From: Chrysomallon squamiferum
Taxonomy: Eukaryota > Animalia > Mollusca
NCBI GenBank assembly: GCA_012295275.1
Contig: CM022674.1
Coordinates: forward strand, 8,556,001 to 8,620,000
Direction of reading: 5' to 3'
DNA length: 64,000 nucleotides
Positions within the stretch are counted from its first letter, which is position 1, and the number at the start of each line of letters is the position of its first letter. The translations under genes and the position numbers were made by a program. The notes under the pieces were generated by a model. The model saw only the letters and a list, made by a program, of their open reading frames with translations. It was not told the DNA's origin and searched no databases. Below, piece by piece: positions 59,301-64,000 of the stretch.

Positions 59301-62300
59301 TGTCCATGTTACAAAGTATTTTATATATAGGAGTTTGTGTGCAGTGTTTAGAAGTGGCTGGAGTTCAAAGGATTAACTCACGGGATGACCATCTCCTGTA
59401 TGTTACTGATGATCTGTTTGCCTATCATGATAACACCAAGTTGTTGAGCCAGCTCAATCAGACAGCCCCCATTGTTACACTGAAATCATATTTACAATAA
59501 CTGAAATCATTGTTACACTGAAATCATATTTACAACAACATCCTTTATTAATAAAATAAAATACAATAACTGTTAAACAGACTCCACTGTTACACTGAAA
59601 TCATATTTACAACAACATCCTTTATTAATAAAATAAAATACAATAACTGTTAAACAGACTCCATTGTTACACTGAAATCATATTTACAACAACATCCTTT
59701 GTTAATTCAATAAAATACAATGAAATAACTCTATCAGTTTACATTGTTACACTGAAATCACAGTGCTGTTTATTAATACAGTAAAAATACAAGAAAAGGA
59801 CTATTCAGAATTGTTTTCTCTTTAATTAAAAAAAACAACAAAAAAACAACCCAAACAACAGTTTCCATTATGTTGGCATTAATTAATAATTGATATCAAA
59901 CATCAACACTGTTCACTGTATTAATTTAATTGTATTATTGTAAATAAAGTTAATTTGAAAGATATTTACCTCTTCGGATCTGAGACCAAAAAATCTCACA
60001 TAATGTCCTGGGTAACCCACAAATCTGAAATAAAGAAAAATATAAATGGAAACAAATTTACTTAAATATCAGTTAACCCAGCAATAAGTAACTTTCATTT
60101 ATTTCTAGACAGTATGTGAGCTACACATGATCTTTGATTAAACCATTGTAGAGCAATAGAAAATAAGCATATTGGAAGAAGTGTTAAACGTCTATTGCAA
60201 CTCTCACCACTGAGATAAAGACCTCTCCATTAGACAGTTTAACAGAAGTTAAAGTAACAAAAATAATAAATAAACAATTTCTTACCTTCCTTTGAAAAAT
60301 GCAACATAGAAAATGGAAGAGTAAAAGTTGACAAACTGAAAAATAAACACTTTGAATGTGAGCTGATCTTCGAACTCTGTCTGTGTTCTGTGCATTTCTG
60401 AAACAAACAAAATTTATACCTGTTGATTTGTTTTACAAGAAAAATAGTAATAATGAATTACTGAGTATTTGTTACATATATAAATAACACAGTCATATTT
60501 GTTCTTTCATTAGTATTACATCATTCTAACCATTACTTTACTATTACTGATCCATGAATTCATCTTGCACATTTAGGTAACATAATCTTATTTTTTAATT
60601 TTTTATTAATATTACTACTACTAATATCATTACTATAATATTATTATTATTATTATTATTATTATACAATTTTTTTTTATTACACATCAAAACAACAGTC
60701 TTATTTTTTAATAGTATACTATCAATACAATTAGTATAATATTCAATTATTATTATTATCCTAGGAATTTTTATTACACATCTAAATAATATAATCTTAT
60801 TTTTTTTTCTTTTTATTACTATTACTTCTACTATTACAATAACTATATTATTACTATTCAAACAGCAAGATAAATTATTTAAATAACTCAGTAAGTTTCT
60901 GTGATTACCCCACTGTGTGAACTTTAAAGCCATTTTTTCATACACACGGCCCAGTGCCATGATTATAATCAAGTTGACAACCGCCGATGACGTGCTCGCT
61001 ATCAACGCTGCCTTCCCCCTCAGCGTCTTGTTTTCAAACAGCGGAATACTGATCAAAACTCGGTACATGATAACAGCCATGATAAATATTATAACCACTA
61101 TCATCTGAAAAAACAAAGATACCAATACATCATATTATTATAAACATTACCATCTGAAAACATAATTAACATAAGATAGCAATACATCATACAAGATAAA
61201 ACCATGATAAATATTATCATTTACAAACACAAATAAAGTAAGAAAGCAATACATCATACATGATAAAACCATGATAAATATTATCATTTACAAACACAAA
61301 TAAAAAAAGAAAGCAATACATCATACATGATAAAACCATGATAAATATTATGATCATTATGATGTGAAAAATTAAGATATGAATATGTTACAAATAGTTT
61401 TACTTAAAACAAGGTAAACAGGTTAAATAATAATAGAGTGAGCATAATTTTTCTGAGGTATTTAATGAGGTAATCTGAGATAGTCTAAACACTAAAATCA
61501 TTGTAAATATCATATACTGTTAATACAGACATTGTTTTTTATTTTATTTATTTATTTCTGTGCTGTTTTTCAAGAATAAAAAAATTAAAGAAACATATAT
61601 CACAAGAGATGTGCAGAATAAAAACAAACATAAGATAAATTAAAAAAAGAAAATTAACTCAAAACACACCTGTAAGAACCACACAAACTGAGAATCAGAC
61701 AGACAATACCCTGAATATGTTTCACTGGAAACAATTTATCTAAAATTCTACTGCAGTTTTAGAAAATGTATATTAGTCTGTAAATATTGCATATATATAA
61801 TAATGTTATAGAATTCAGAATAACTTTCTGATTATGAAAATCAGGTAGAAACTATGAAAAACTCAGTAGATTTGTAATTTCATAGTTTAATGCTGTGCAT
61901 AGTGATATCATACCATTATAACAATGGCTGCCATGCCAGACAGAATTCTGGGAAGTCTGTCTCTGGGATCAAAATATGGCTCCTTTACTCCTGTTATAGG
62001 ATTCTCTCTCAGTTCAGGAGCTTTGGCAGCAAATTCAGGTCTTGGTCTTTCCTGAAAAGCAAAAAATAATTTCCAGGATAATGACAGATGGTAATAAGAA
62101 AATCTTTTCCGATGTTGCCTGATACTATGACAACAACAACAATAATAACATTATTACTAGTAAAATAAAATGTATATGTCAATTTTTAAACACTGCCATA
62201 GATCTCCATCTACATTAAAAATATTTTTGTTTTATAATTTTGCTTAACAACTAACAATATGAATTACTGTTTACATTACTTCATACTATTATTACATTCT

Positions 62301-63026
62301 ACATTCTACACAAAACATGAGTTAGTATTTGCTAATGACTGTCAATAAAACAATATTTACTCCTTCTTCTTCAAAGTCTAAAACATCCCAGTGATGTGCC
62401 AGGCTGGCATTCTTCCTCTTCCAGTACTCCAGAAATGTCACAGCTGAAAAAAACACATATTCTGTATTTCTCTTTTTCTTTCTCTCTCTTTCTAATAATT
62501 ATTACATAACTTAATTCTTGTAACATACAAATAAAAAATTTACTATTTAAATGGTTATAATTAATTATTCCTGTAATTAAAGCTAAAAAAGCTTTTTCCC
62601 CACCTCACACTGCCCAACAAAATAAAAAGCACGAAAATACATTCTAAATGTAATATTTTACATATTGATTAAAACAGAAAATGTTAATTTAACTGAATCA
62701 CAAATCTTTTAATAGCTAAAAATCACTGTTTAATAGTAATACATAATGATGTTGTAAAAGGATCAGAAACAACAGAGTTAAGTACCAAGCATACGTGATC
62801 CTGTGACAAAATAAAATAAAAACATATTCAAAACATTAATAATATACTATGAGACGTACCCCAGAACGACATGAAGACAGCGTAGAAGACAGTTCCGGGG
62901 TGGTCAAAGAGGTAGGCTATCCGGATGAAGAGACAGACGTCTGAGAGGTACCAGTACTCACAGCCCACCTCCTCATCACAGAGCGGACACATCTTGTACG
63001 TCCGGTTACTCGAACACACCTCGTTT
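56066..63026 (-). CDS. ANO7: Anoctamin-7-like (TMEM16 Ca2+-activated channel/scramblase), 3' part, 13 exons; the 5' end lies beyond the window
   Basis: join(63026..62860, 62443..62361, 62051..61914, 61104..60909, 60397..60286, 60024..59970, 59479..59382, 58801..58677, 58098..57893, 57629..57496, 57088..56998, 56800..56669, 56161..56066). All introns are GT-AG and phase-consistent, giving about 543 aa. Motifs [81 protein letters not shown] and CRYKDFR identify an anoctamin. The short loop [14 protein letters not shown] and LFDHPGTVF are ANO7-like. Family is certain; the paralog assignment is less so. Confidence 0.9.
56669..56800 (-). CDS. ANO7: Anoctamin exon L ([44 protein letters not shown])
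   Basis: Acceptor tgacag|CAC, donor CAG|gtagtaagt (tandem donor), 132 or 135 nt. Confidence 0.88.
56998..57088 (-). CDS. ANO7: Anoctamin exon K ([30 protein letters not shown])
   Basis: Acceptor gtacag|G, donor GAG|gtaatt, 91 nt. Confidence 0.92.
57496..57629 (-). CDS. ANO7: Anoctamin exon J ([18 protein letters not shown]...TEQC)
   Basis: Acceptor tttcag|GCA, donor AG|gttagc, 134 nt. Confidence 0.92.
57893..58098 (-). CDS. ANO7: Anoctamin exon I ([33 protein letters not shown]...LAVISN), assuming the innermost acceptor
   Basis: Acceptor tttcag|TT, donor AAC|gtgagt, 206 nt. The acceptor is present in multiple tandem copies (see findings). Confidence 0.88.
58067..58338. repeat. Perfect 38-bp tandem repeat x7 spanning the anoctamin exon I acceptor
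   Basis: Unit cacaaagatagtgataaaaccaaactgcagaactgaaa starts at 58067, 58105, 58143, 58181, 58219, 58257 and 58295. Confidence 0.97.
58677..58801 (-). CDS. ANO7: Anoctamin exon H (KLKTMWHQF...[21 protein letters not shown])
   Basis: Acceptor ttgtag|G, donor A|gtaaga, 125 nt. Confidence 0.92.
59382..59479 (-). CDS. ANO7: Anoctamin exon G ([33 protein letters not shown]; TM6)
   Basis: Acceptor tttcag|TGT, donor CC|gtgagt, 98 nt. Confidence 0.92.
59470..59761. repeat. About 77-bp tandem repeat containing copies of the exon G acceptor
   Basis: tgttacactgaaatca recurs at 59473, 59511, 59588, 59665 and 59745. Confidence 0.9.
59970..60024 (-). CDS. ANO7: Anoctamin exon F ([18 protein letters not shown])
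   Basis: Acceptor tttcag|A, donor GAG|gtaaat, 55 nt. Confidence 0.9.
60286..60397 (-). CDS. ANO7: Anoctamin exon E ([37 protein letters not shown])
   Basis: Acceptor tttcag|AA, donor AG|gtaaga, 112 nt. Confidence 0.93.
60909..61104 (-). CDS. ANO7: Anoctamin exon D ([15 protein letters not shown]...ALKFTQW)
   Basis: Acceptor tttcag|ATG, donor G|gtaatc, 196 nt. Confidence 0.92.
61064..61380. repeat. Degenerate 67-bp repeat derived from the exon D start and acceptor
   Basis: agcaatacatcat at 61178, 61245 and 61312. The motif ccatgataaatattat is shared with the exon itself (about 61077-61092). Confidence 0.8.
61914..62051 (-). CDS. ANO7: Anoctamin exon C ([27 protein letters not shown]...AAIVIM)
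   Basis: Acceptor tttcag|GAA, donor ATG|gtatga, 138 nt. Confidence 0.92.
62361..62443 (-). CDS. ANO7: Anoctamin exon B ([28 protein letters not shown])
   Basis: Acceptor tttcag|CT, donor GGA|gtaaat, 83 nt. Below the ORF-track threshold. Confidence 0.88.
62860..63026 (-). CDS. ANO7: Anoctamin exon A (NEVCSS...[11 protein letters not shown]...[17 protein letters not shown])
   Basis: Acceptor gtacag|A, donor G|gtacgt, 167 nt. Confidence 0.92.
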
Positions 63027-63029
63027 CTG

Positions 63030-64000
63030 TACACAAACAGCTCATTATTACATATATCAATTATTACACACACAGCTCATTATTAAATACAGCTCTTTAT
63101 TACACACACAGTTCATTATTACACACAGCTCATTATTACATACAGCTCATTATTACACACACAGCTCATTATTACACACAGCTCATTATTACACACACAG
63201 CTCATTATTACACACAGCTCATTATTACACACAGCTCATTATTACACACAGTTCATTATTACACACACAGCTCATTATTACACACAGCTCATTATTACAC
63301 ACACACAGTTCATTATTACATACAGCTCATTATTACACACAGCTCATTATTACACACAGCTCATTATTACACACACAGCTCATTATTAAACACATAGTTC
63401 ATTTATTACACACAGCTCATTATTAAACACAGTTCATTATTACACACAGCTCATTATTACACACACAGTTCATTATTACATACAGTTCATTATTACACAC
63501 AGCTCATTATTAAACACACAGTTCATTGTTACACACAGCTCATTATTACATACAGCTCATTATTACACACACAGCTCATTATTAAACACATAGTTCATTA
63601 TTACACACAGCTCATTATTAAACATAGTTCATTATTACACACAGCTCATTATTAAACACACAGTTCATTATTACACACAGCTCATTATTACACACAGCTC
63701 ATTATTACACACACAGCTCATTATTAAACACATAGTTCATTATTACACACAGCTCATTATTAAACACAGTTCATTATTACACACACAGTTCATTATTACA
63801 TACAGTTCATTATTACACACAGCTCATTATTAAACACACAGTTCATTATTACACACAGCTCATTATTAAACACAGTTCATTATTACACACAGCTCATTAT
63901 TACATACAGCTCATTATTACACACACAGCTCATTATTACACACACAGCTCATTATTACACACAGCTCATTATTACACACACAGCTCATTATTACACACAG
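63030..64000. repeat. Minisatellite, 19-21-bp unit (acacagctcattattac[ac]n), running off the window end
   Basis: Dozens of near-identical units with c/t and a/c variants, starting immediately at the exon A acceptor. Confidence 0.97.

Overview
AT-rich, microsatellite-dense eukaryotic (animal) genomic DNA. It looks like an invertebrate bilaterian, probably a lophotrochozoan or mollusc, but that taxon call is an inference only. I reconstructed two spliced genes by hand, both on the minus strand. (1) A complete four-exon Wnt4 gene (CDS 43778..10752, 357 aa) with very large introns (11.1, 4.1 and 16.7 kb) containing many CpG-retaining, enhancer-like blocks. The ORF track missed its signal-peptide exon. 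(2) The 3' part of an anoctamin-7-like (TMEM16) gene: 13 exons, 63026..56066, about 543 aa, with a probable long 3' UTR. All reconstructed introns are GT-AG and phase-consistent. The most unusual signal is that three separate anoctamin exons have their own intron/exon acceptor junction tandemly duplicated into the upstream intron. One case is a perfect 7 x 38-bp array that is stop-free in all three sense frames. Other observations: a 110-bp near-perfect hairpin, motif-bearing minisatellites in Wnt4 intron 1, and a sharp CpG-rich to CpG-poor switch between the two genes. Most entries in the ORF track are microsatellite artefacts. No prokaryotic-type systems (CRISPR, operons, rRNA) are present.
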